The position numbers were made by a program, and so were the translations under genes. The notes under the pieces are model-generated. The model was not told where the DNA came from and made no database searches. It was given only the letters and a program-made list of their open reading frames with translations. A stretch of 23,522 nt of DNA from an uncultured archaeon. GTDB lineage: Archaea; Asgardarchaeota; Jordiarchaeia; Jordiarchaeales; Jordiarchaeaceae. Positions 1-7,447 of the stretch are shown in pieces; position 1 is the stretch's first letter; each line of letters begins with the position of its first letter. The stretch lies in assembly GCA_964510585.1 (NCBI GenBank), contig CAZECW010000209.1, positions 1-23,522 of the forward strand. Direction: 5' to 3'.

Positions 1-384
1 GTGGTTTATTGTGATCCTTTTGTTGGGCTTGTTTTCAAGTTCTGGGTCTTGTTGCTTTTTGCACACGAAAATCTAGTTCGCTTGCGTCGATTTAAGGAGT
101 GCGGTGGCCCAAAACATATACTTTCCGTTTACGGTAAAAAAATACTTAACCTTTGCTTCTTGGAGTAAAAGGGATATCTCAAGCCAATAACTTCTCTAAA
201 AAGAAGACCTAGGAAGTATTGATGATGTGGATTATTCTGGTTTAAATACTTATTTTGAAGCCTCAAAAGGGGAGAACATTATAATCGATTCTTTTTTTAG
301 GCGGAGTTGAAAAAATCTTCGGCTCCATAGAAACATAAGGGAATGCTTTTTATTTGAGGCAGATGTTGTTTAATTTGAAGAATT

Positions 385-921
385 ATGGAAAACTTGTCAG
401 TTTTTGAGAATGAGTGGTATGTGCTTAATGATATGCTTGGGGATCTTAAATCTAAGAGGATAAGAGTTCCCTCTAGTGTAGCTGAAAATTTGAGGTTTAC
501 GCGTTTCATAATAGAGCATTACAAGGAAACTCCCGGTATAGAAGCGCACGTACACTATGACTATCTTAAGGATTTGGAAGTCGCATTAAACAATGTGAAA
601 ACCGCCTTATTTGAAGGAGCTCAGGAACTGGGAGAGGACTATGTCGCTTTATGGAGGAAAAAAATTGATGAAGCCCCATTAAAATACCCACCACCGCGCA
701 AAAAAACTCTTGTTAGAGGGCTTCCTAGAAATGGGAAATTAGACTTTGTGCGAATCACTTTTAACAGGGCTGTTCCGAAAACAGATCTACTCCGTATAGC
801 AGAAGAGCACAATATTAACATATATTTTCAGGATGACAAAGTGGTTGTTGTTTCTGGCGCTCCTGAGAAGACTAAAAAGGCTATCCGAGTAATGGCGGAA
901 AAATATTTCCAACCTTCATAA
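385..921 (+). CDS. DUF2096-family conserved archaeal protein
   Basis: 178-aa ORF. Motifs W.vL.dml.DL..k...VP..v...Lr, LGEDYv..W..ki and GlPr...dfVRi match DUF2096 as recalled; lies next to cooC. Family call is from recognition, not a search. Confidence 0.7.
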   Translation: MENLSVFENEWYVLNDMLGDLKSKRIRVPSSVAENLRFTRFIIEHYKETPGIEAHVHYDYLKDLEVALNNVKTALFEGAQELGEDYVALWRKKIDEAPLKYPPPRKKTLVRGLPRNGKLDFVRITFNRAVPKTDLLRIAEEHNINIYFQDDKVVVVSGAPEKTKKAIRVMAEKYFQPS

Positions 922-936
922 ATTCTAAAAATTTAT

Positions 937-1734
937 TTAAGCTAGATCTTTTTCTAATCTGTCTTTTATTTTTGCGATTTGCTTCATAGCTTCAGAATTT
1001 GGTGCAATGTCTAAAGGCGCAACATCATGCAGGTCAGCTTTGATTATTTCCCGGTCGTAGGGTATTAGGGCAATAAGTTCTATTCCTAAGTCTCTGCTTG
1101 CCTCCTGTAAAAATTTAGTGTCTTCGTCGTCTGAAACTTTATTTGCAACCATGTAGAGTTTTCGAACACCCATTCCTTGTGAGAGATCTTTAATCCTTTT
1201 AGCCAAGTCTAGAGACTTTGTTCCGGGCTCTATAACTATTATCATTGCGTCTACGCCTTTTGCTGTTCCCCGCCCTAAGTGCTCTATTCCTGCCTCCATA
1301 TCTAGAATCACTACTTCGTCTCGTTTGAGTACCATGTGGGAAAGTAATGCTCTTATGAGAGCATTGCTGGGACACATACAACCTCCACTCGGCTGTGTAA
1401 CCGTTCCCATTATTAGCAGTTGGACTCCGTCTGGACCTGTAACTTTGAAGCGATCTGGGATATCTGCCACTTTGGGGTTAAGGATGAAAACCCCCCCCAA
1501 GGAGCCTGGCTTCACGCCCGTACGTTCCTCTATAAGTTCATTCATCTCGGATATGGGTTTTACGTTTTTCATGTTTTCGCGGGGTATGCCTAGGGTCTTG
1601 TAGAGATTCATACTTGGGTCTGCGTCAATTGCGAATACCTTTAATCCTTCCTTGGCAAAAAGGCGTGCCAAACTCCCAGCCACGGTGGTTTTGCCCACCC
1701 CGCCTTTTCCTGATACGGCGATTTTGAAACCCAA
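937..1734 (-). CDS. cooC: CooC/AcsF-type nickel-insertion ATPase (CODH/ACS maturation, MinD/ParA superfamily)
   Basis: KIAVSGKGGVGKTT deviant Walker A, DADP, GGCMCP CxC metal site, DMEAGIEHLGRGT. TTG start preceded by a GGAGGT ribosome-binding site. Confidence 0.92.
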   Translation of the reverse strand: MGFKIAVSGKGGVGKTTVAGSLARLFAKEGLKVFAIDADPSMNLYKTLGIPRENMKNVKPISEMNELIEERTGVKPGSLGGVFILNPKVADIPDRFKVTGPDGVQLLIMGTVTQPSGGCMCPSNALIRALLSHMVLKRDEVVILDMEAGIEHLGRGTAKGVDAMIIVIEPGTKSLDLAKRIKDLSQGMGVRKLYMVANKVSDDEDTKFLQEASRDLGIELIALIPYDREIIKADLHDVAPLDIAPNSEAMKQIAKIKDRLEKDLA

Positions 1735-1898
1735 TTAACTACCTCCAGTATTGGAATATTTCCTGTTTTGTTCATAGCACAGTGGAGGGAATGCTTAATA
1801 ATTTTTTGAATTTCATTATTTGCGTTGGATAGTAGTTTTTAGGTAATGGTTTTAAATGTAGAAATTTATAATTTATGATTCTGTTTTTATAGGTAATT

Positions 1899-2363
1899 GT
1901 GGTGGGTTTTGTGGTAGGTAAACACGGTTTGTTGAGTAGCGAGATAAGTAGTGAAGTCGAAAATGTTTTGAGGGGAGATAGTAGGCTGTTGGTGGAGGCG
2001 AAGTTTAAGTGTAAGGAAAAGAAGGATGCAATTATCTGGACCACCAATATCTATTTGAAGGATAAATCTCAGCTCTCGGAGTTTGTTTCTTACATAGCTT
2101 ATGTGGTGGAGTCTATTTTGGATAAGCATCTGGCTTCTAATGGGGAAATAATAAGATTGAGAGTTGGTGGTGGAACGATTAGTGATAGGGGAGAGATATG
2201 GTTTGAAATAGTTGATGGAGTAGTGTTTGAGGTTTATTGTTTTACCTGTAGATCAATAAGTTTTGTAAGAGTTTTACATGAAAAACAGCTTTATGGAGAA
2301 AAAAATGAGTGGGTAAGTTTAGATATAGATGAGTATTTGGATTCACGATGGTTCGAAGAGTGA
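1899..2363 (+). CDS. hypothetical protein
   Basis: 154-aa ORF filling the space between flanking genes, divergent from cooC. No recognisable motif; the start may be a few codons downstream. Confidence 0.65.
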   Translation: MVGFVVGKHGLLSSEISSEVENVLRGDSRLLVEAKFKCKEKKDAIIWTTNIYLKDKSQLSEFVSYIAYVVESILDKHLASNGEIIRLRVGGGTISDRGEIWFEIVDGVVFEVYCFTCRSISFVRVLHEKQLYGEKNEWVSLDIDEYLDSRWFEE

Positions 2364-2426
2364 ACATCGATTATAAAAGATTACCCGAAAGCTGGCTTTT
2401 TGGGCACTGTGGGTAAATTTTCATTT

Positions 2427-3392
2427 TTATTTCTTTGATGGCTTTTTGGGTGCTGGTGGTTTCGTTTCTGGTTTTGCTTTTGCTAGTTCGTCTCCGCCTA
2501 GCTCAAAGAAGAATATTCTTTCTGGTTTGAATTGAGGGGGGGTTTTAGATTTTTCTATTTTTAACTCTCCTTTGATTAGTTCTATGTTTCCTGTAAACGG
2601 GTTTAATATGAATTCTTTTTCTTCAGTTTTTCCGTCTTCGGAGGGAATTTTTACATATATTAATCCGTCTTCGAATTGCCAAGCAAATGTTATTAATGGT
2701 TTCCATTGGCCCTTGTTTCCCATGACGTATAGTTTGGGTGTTGACTGGGGGTTTTCGCGAATATCTTCCATTAGTGAGCTTAACTTCATATAGGTTTTTT
2801 CTTTTCCGTCTGGATAGATTACTTTGAATGGGGGTATGTACTCAACTAGGAAGAAGTTTTGTTTCTCATCTATTATGGGATAGGACATTTTTGTTGCGGT
2901 GATAAGATTTTTATCCAGCTCTAATTCAAAGTTTATTAGAAATGTGGTTTCCGCTATTTCGTACAGTTCTTCGGTGAACTTTTGGGCATTAAAATTTATG
3001 TTGCTCCAACTGAGTCCCATCTTTAGGGATGGGGCGCTCCCCGATTGTTCAGCCTCGGCTAGAGTTTGAAGGAATTCTTTGTCCGGTTTATGTTTGGTAA
3101 CAGTTTTCTTATAAAAGTCCAGTATTTTCTTCTCATGCTCCTCGTCACAATAAATTTCAAGCATAACGTCTAAACGTTTAAGTTCTCCTTTTTTACCGCT
3201 CAGCATATCCTGAATATCACTAGCTTTTAATGTGTCCCTAAGTCTCCTCACGGTTCCACCGGTCAGGGCGAGTTTTCTGTAAAGCTTTCTATGAGCAGCT
3301 ATTGTCTCGTACAGGTAGTCGGAAATCGGAGGCCGTGTCTCCTCTATGTATAAACGCGGCATACTTTCCATTACCCATCTTCTCCGAAACAA
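2427..3392 (-). CDS. hypothetical protein with Lys/Pro-rich C-terminal tail
   Basis: 321-aa ORF with protein-like composition, ending AKPETKPPAPKKPSKK. No family recognised. Confidence 0.75.
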   Translation of the reverse strand: MFRRRWVMESMPRLYIEETRPPISDYLYETIAAHRKLYRKLALTGGTVRRLRDTLKASDIQDMLSGKKGELKRLDVMLEIYCDEEHEKKILDFYKKTVTKHKPDKEFLQTLAEAEQSGSAPSLKMGLSWSNINFNAQKFTEELYEIAETTFLINFELELDKNLITATKMSYPIIDEKQNFFLVEYIPPFKVIYPDGKEKTYMKLSSLMEDIRENPQSTPKLYVMGNKGQWKPLITFAWQFEDGLIYVKIPSEDGKTEEKEFILNPFTGNIELIKGELKIEKSKTPPQFKPERIFFFELGGDELAKAKPETKPPAPKKPSKK

Positions 3393-3804
3393 ATTAGTTT
3401 CAAATTTTAACTTACTAATTAATAATATATTATGTTAACACTTATACAAAAGCATTCTGTTAATTTTTATATTAGTTGACACATTTGTTTTGTCCTATAC
3501 TGGAAGTAGGTATATCCGTTCAAGTAGACCTGTTGAGAAAAGGACTGTCTTTGATTTAAAAGCGGAACCAAGACACTCTCTATCAAAAATCTCCTTTTTG
3601 AAATGCTAGCGAGAGCTATATTCTAAGAGGAAGTAAAAGGGGAGTGAACTAAACCAAGATGTCCGGACAAGTACAGTTTGGGGTTGTTTTTAGGGTTGGC
3701 ATTAATAAATAGAAAAAATGTAGGTAATTTTACCAATTAAGTTTCAAAAAATGGGGAATATTTAATTTAGATAAGGTCATAATATTTTATATCTTAAAAA
3801 GTGA

Positions 3805-4692
3805 ATGTTTAATTGGGAAAGCAGATTTCCACCGCTAACTTATGCTCCTCACCCAAAAATATTAGATTTGAGAAGAAAGTTAATTGATTTGTTCAATGGC
3901 AGTGAAGTGATTGTTGTGAGTTGCCCAAAATGTGGTGCGCTTGTGGCGCCAGACGAGGAAGTTTGCCCAAATTGTAATTATCGTTTAACAGAAGAAACTC
4001 TAGAGAGGCTTCTTCCACTACTTAAAAGGCCTGAAAGGGAACCTATTAGCGCTATGCCTTTTCCAATTCGGATAGCAAAGGCTATAATTGCCCCAAGTTC
4101 CGCCCTTCACGATGTTGCACGCGCCCCAGACGCTATGGGGCCCTTCATAATTTACATTCTTAACGTCATTGTACTTACACTCTTTTACGCTGCAGTTTGG
4201 AATCATATTTATCCCTTTGGGGATTATTGGATTCTGCGAGTTCTGGGTGATGGAGCGATTCTTGGTAGACTTGCTTCAAATACGATGCTGGTTTTTATTC
4301 AGTTTCTGTTTCTCGGTTTTGCTTATTGGCTTCCGTTCCGATTAGTCGGTAAAAAGAGCGGGTTCAAGAAGAACTTATCAATAGTGGGTTATGCGTACAT
4401 ACCAGTACTCATAGGTAGAGCCGTGTCACTTCTATTGCTATTTACAAACTCACCTACGGTACTCATTCCAGCCAGTGCCAGTCTTCTCCAAGTCCAGATT
4501 TTGATAGCTCTGGTTTTTATGTCCCCAGTTTGGAATAACGTGGCAAGTATAGAGATAGCTTGCTGGCTATGGGCGGCTTTTCTAATAGCTTTAGGGATCA
4601 GGCAGCTTAATCAGCTAAAAACAGCGGTGGCACTCATTTCATCCTATGCGATAATGTTAGTCTTTCTAGCAGTTTACGCTTCTTTAATTTAG
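3805..4692 (+). CDS. zinc-ribbon plus YIP1-family multi-pass membrane protein
   Basis: N-terminal CPKCG-x9-CPNC ribbon, then an amphipathic segment (IIAPSSALHDV) and about five hydrophobic helices with a GYAYIP motif typical of YIP1/DUF1282. Confidence 0.7.
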   Translation: MFNWESRFPPLTYAPHPKILDLRRKLIDLFNGSEVIVVSCPKCGALVAPDEEVCPNCNYRLTEETLERLLPLLKRPEREPISAMPFPIRIAKAIIAPSSALHDVARAPDAMGPFIIYILNVIVLTLFYAAVWNHIYPFGDYWILRVLGDGAILGRLASNTMLVFIQFLFLGFAYWLPFRLVGKKSGFKKNLSIVGYAYIPVLIGRAVSLLLLFTNSPTVLIPASASLLQVQILIALVFMSPVWNNVASIEIACWLWAAFLIALGIRQLNQLKTAVALISSYAIMLVFLAVYASLI

Positions 4693-4706
4693 CCAAAAAG
4701 AATGTG

Positions 4707-5342
4707 TTATTTCAGAACTTTACCTGTTTTCATAAACCACATGTAGAGGTCTAACTCTCCAAGGGATAAATTTAGCTCTTCAGCCAACTTCTCCAATTTT
4801 TGTTCTAATTCTAGATATTTTTTTCTAGTCACAGTTTTAGGAATCTCATTGATCAGCCCATATTCAAACATGACCCGAATAACATGTCTATCAAGTATTG
4901 CAACATTACGGTAACCCACATTCCTCAGAAAGTGGCTAGCCTCCTTATAACCCAGCCCTTTGACATTTCTAACTAACCATTCTCTGGCCTTCCGTTCATC
5001 AGGGAAACCTGTAACAATTTCTTTTATATTACGAAAGTTTCTGGCACAAACAATAAAGGTTGCTCTTTTTTCCCAAAATCTATGTCCTCCCTTTCTGAGC
5101 TTCTCGCACAGTGTTTCCAGAGGAAGCCTTAAAAAATTCTCATAGCCCAGTTCCTTCTGAATTTTCAACCCCAACTCAGCACTGGAATAGGAAGTCAGAA
5201 TACAGAAACAGAGCTCCGAAAACCATTCATAATCACTTTTCCCGTGGAGATCCTCAAACTCTCTCATTCTTCTAGAGATTTCTTCTGCTACCGGACTGGC
5301 CTTCAGCCTATTAATTTCCTTAACCAAATCCGTTATATTCAA
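4707..5342 (-). CDS. ogg: 8-oxoguanine DNA glycosylase/AP lyase (archaeal OGG2 type)
   Basis: FSELCFCILT, helix-hairpin-helix VKGLGYKEASHFLRNVG with catalytic Lys, ILDRHV with catalytic Asp, C-terminal LDLYMW..KTGKVLK. Confidence 0.93.
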   Translation of the reverse strand: MNITDLVKEINRLKASPVAEEISRRMREFEDLHGKSDYEWFSELCFCILTSYSSAELGLKIQKELGYENFLRLPLETLCEKLRKGGHRFWEKRATFIVCARNFRNIKEIVTGFPDERKAREWLVRNVKGLGYKEASHFLRNVGYRNVAILDRHVIRVMFEYGLINEIPKTVTRKKYLELEQKLEKLAEELNLSLGELDLYMWFMKTGKVLK

Positions 5343-5430
5343 AGTCGCAACCTACCCAAATGTTGGAAAGACAGATACTCCCAAACATAATAAAAGCAAG
5401 ACCATACAAAATTTGAAAAAAGAGTTTTAC

Positions 5431-5697
5431 CTAGAATATGCCTATTTTAGTCGCAATATCCATGGCATCGTATTCAGGCGAAAGCTTCACGTAGGCCTTT
5501 TTCTTGCCATTAGGCAGAATCAGAGTAGTTACTTTATCAACCTTCACATCATAAAGTTCTTCCACAGCCCTCTTTATGCTCGCCTTATTAAATTTTCGAT
5601 CTACAAGGAAGACCAACTTGTTTTCGGATTCTATTAATTCAAGTGCTGATTCTGTAGTCACAGGCCTAATTATTACCTTGTAAGGATTGAAACTCAT
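5431..5697 (-). CDS. rpl23: 50S ribosomal protein uL23
   Basis: [43 protein letters not shown]......KKAYVKL. GGTGA RBS upstream of the ATG. Confidence 0.97.
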   Translation of the reverse strand: MSFNPYKVIIRPVTTESALELIESENKLVFLVDRKFNKASIKRAVEELYDVKVDKVTTLILPNGKKKAYVKLSPEYDAMDIATKIGIF

Positions 5698-5923
5698 TTG
5701 ACTATCACCTTATTAGTATCCACTGCTTTGTAGAGGAATACGCCGTCCCTAATTAAATTTTCTTATTAGATAATTCACCAGAAACTATCGAACCTCCCAA
5801 ATTAACAATCAGGAAATCCCCCAATGCATAAGAAAACAAATTTGCAATTTCCAAAGAAATCTCAACATATTACAAAGTGTTTGGGTGAATCCCAAATCCA
5901 TAATTCAGATGTTAAGCGGGATT

Positions 5924-6787
5924 TTATTTTGAACCATTCCCTCGGAATAGATTTAAAACTGCAAGGGCTGCAGCCACCGCTTCCTCAGTCCTAACAGTTC
6001 TTGTCCCTTGAGAAGGTATGAAGTTTACCATAAAATCCCCTACCTCCTCTGGAGTTACCCCCTCATCCTCAAGAATTTCTCTCAAACCCCGATGGGGCCC
6101 GCCAAAAATTAAGAAAAGTCTTCCCATGCGCCTCCACCCATCCAAAATCTGCTCCGAAACACTCCTAAACGTAACCCCATACTTGGAGGTCAAAACAATC
6201 AACCCAGGGCGAAGATGCTTGAGAATCGAAGCTAAAGAACCCTTCAAAATTCTAACTTCATAACCCCAATAAGTTTTAACCTCACTACGGTTAACCCTCT
6301 CTAGGTACAGTTTATCATCTTTCATAACTACTCTCACAGTAACCCGAGTACCCTCAGGCAAACTTGCCCCGAGAAGCCTTTGAGGTTGCTCTACTCCAAT
6401 ATCCACCAAGCATCCCCGAGGATCACTTTTAACAACTACACCTTCTCGGAACTCCCCATCCTGCAGCCCACTCTTCCTACTTTTAAGGGGATGGTGAGGC
6501 GATGCTAGAGGGGGAAGAATTCCGGCATACCTTAAACGGGGAGAAGAAGGAATAAGACGCTTCCTCAAATACTGAGGCGTCTCCATGTAGTCCAAAACCT
6601 CCTTAACAAGAACTAGATCTTCTCTCTGCTTATCGAAGGAATAATCAGCATAAAGTAGCACCTCCGATACTCTATAAATGGCAGCTAAACGACCTATCTG
6701 CCCCACCTTCAAAGTCTTAAGTCTCAAATCGGGAGCGTCAGCCACCAAGGATCCAGGAAGGACAAGGCTAATCTCCATGATACTCAA
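5924..6787 (-). CDS. putative SPOUT RNA methyltransferase (DUF171/COG2106, SPOUT1/C9orf114 homolog)
   Basis: KVGQIGRLAAIYRV, YMETPQYLRK, AGILPPL..PHH, FREGVV, inserted OB-like domain, FGGP.RGL and NFIPSQGTRTVRTEEA knot motif. Confidence 0.9.
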   Translation of the reverse strand: MSIMEISLVLPGSLVADAPDLRLKTLKVGQIGRLAAIYRVSEVLLYADYSFDKQREDLVLVKEVLDYMETPQYLRKRLIPSSPRLRYAGILPPLASPHHPLKSRKSGLQDGEFREGVVVKSDPRGCLVDIGVEQPQRLLGASLPEGTRVTVRVVMKDDKLYLERVNRSEVKTYWGYEVRILKGSLASILKHLRPGLIVLTSKYGVTFRSVSEQILDGWRRMGRLFLIFGGPHRGLREILEDEGVTPEEVGDFMVNFIPSQGTRTVRTEEAVAAALAVLNLFRGNGSK

Positions 6788-6901
6788 CCCAGCCAGTCAA
6801 GCTCCAAAAACAAAATATTAAGCCTTAAAGTACAAAACCAAACTAAAATTTCTTTTGTGCAGTTTCACATAGAAGATTCACGGAGTTTAAAAAATTAGAA
6901 T

Positions 6902-7109
6902 TGGTGGGGACGGTGAGATTTCCATAGAGAAACATTGTTTCTCCAATTTGAACTCACGACTAGCAAGTCTCTCTGGCTCACTGCTCCAGAAGTTCATCAT
7001 CTTCTGGTCAGCTCAGCCAATATTCACAGCCTCTGGAGCCTGCCGTGCTGCCTAGTCGCGTTCAAAACCACAAACATGTTTTGAACAACACTGACTACAC
7101 TACGTCCCC
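6902..7109 (-). tRNA. trnW: tRNA-Trp(CCA) with three BHB introns: 18/19 (7090-7052, 39 nt), 37/38 (7032-6969, 64 nt), 59/60 (6946-6919, 28 nt); CCA encoded
   Basis: Spliced sequence GGGGACG TA GTGT AGTCAGGCA GCAC G GCAGG CTCCAGA CTTGC TAGTC GTGAG TTCAAAT CTCAC CGTCCCC A CCA folds as a full cloverleaf. Each intron has a 4-bp central helix with 3-nt bulges (AGTC/GACT; CTCC/AGAG with one mismatch; TTCA/TGGA). Confidence 0.92.
6969..7032 (-). ncRNA. box C/D guide sRNA embedded in the tRNA-Trp anticodon intron
   Basis: Degenerate C box GTGAATA (7027-7021), D' CTGA (7011-7008), perfect C' ATGATGA (7000-6994), D box GTGA (6981-6978). The D guide CTTCTGGAGC pairs with GCTCCAGAGG of the pre-tRNA, and its +5 nucleotide (G6986) faces C34. 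Confidence 0.8.
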
Positions 7110-7231
7110 ACCTAAATGGGAAACGATAAGCTATTTAGAGTGTGTAGAAAATTATACACAAGAGTTACATAAAGTTTTTGTTTCCATTTCTCTCGAGCTA
7201 CAATAAGGGAACATAGATAGGGAAACGCCAT

Positions 7232-7244
7232 AAAAATTAAAAAA
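7232..7244 (-). terminator. oligo-T terminator of the 5S rRNA transcript
   Basis: On the minus strand a pyrimidine tract CTTCCTTCTCTCTGC followed by TTTTTTAATTTTT lies directly after the 3' arm of the processing stem. Confidence 0.6.
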
Positions 7245-7271
7245 GCAGAGAGAAGGAAGTGGCGTCGCTGT

Positions 7272-7394
7272 TCCGTGTTCGGGATGAGAACGGGTAGTTC
7301 ACTATACACTATGACCGGCACCGAGATGCCAGTATTCGGTTTTCCCGGTCCCTCGCGGAGAGCAGTACTCACCGAATCGTGTATAGATTTGACT
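7272..7394 (-). rRNA. rrf: circularly permuted 5S rRNA gene: 3' half 7394-7327, linker 7326-7321, 5' half 7320-7272; precursor with BHB stem 7410-7261
   Basis: Joining 7272 to 7394 gives a 117-nt 5S: TGCCGGTCATAGTGTATAGTGAACTACCCGTTCTCATCCCGAACACGGA|AGTCAAATCTATACACGATTCGGTGAGTACTGCTCTCCGCGAGGGACCGGGAAAACCGAATACTGGCA. It has helix I TGCCGGT/ACTGGCA, helix II GTGTATAG/CTATACAC, helix III ACCCGT/ACGGAAGT, loop C CATCCCGAAC, ATTCGG/CCGAAT, loop E AGTA/GAA and a GCGA tetraloop. Confidence 0.93.
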
Positions 7395-7433
7395 TTCACG
7401 CAACGACGCCAAAAACCCACACGCAGTGCCGAA

Positions 7434-7447
7434 ATATAAATATTTCT
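7434..7447 (-). promoter_or_regulatory. BRE-TATA promoter of the permuted 5S gene
   Basis: AGAAATA-TTTATAT on the minus strand. Spacing places the start at or near G7410, the first base of the processing stem. Confidence 0.7.

Noticed and set aside
1-168. Open plus-strand frame at the window start
   Set aside because: Both strands offer short open frames and neither shows a recognisable motif; cannot be called without upstream sequence.
5698-5923. Remnants of rpl3/rpl4 between the SPOUT gene and rpl23
   Set aside because: The short frames translated by hand show no L3 or L4 motifs.
7261-7410. Reading the 5S locus as two pseudogene fragments
   Set aside because: The halves are complete and non-overlapping, all helices pair, and BHB cut sites regenerate the conserved junction exactly, with promoter and terminator in place. 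Decay is unlikely to produce this, although read-level confirmation is still needed.
7112-7420. 102-aa minus-strand ORF
   Set aside because: It overlaps the permuted 5S gene, has no protein motif and is explained by the RNA gene.
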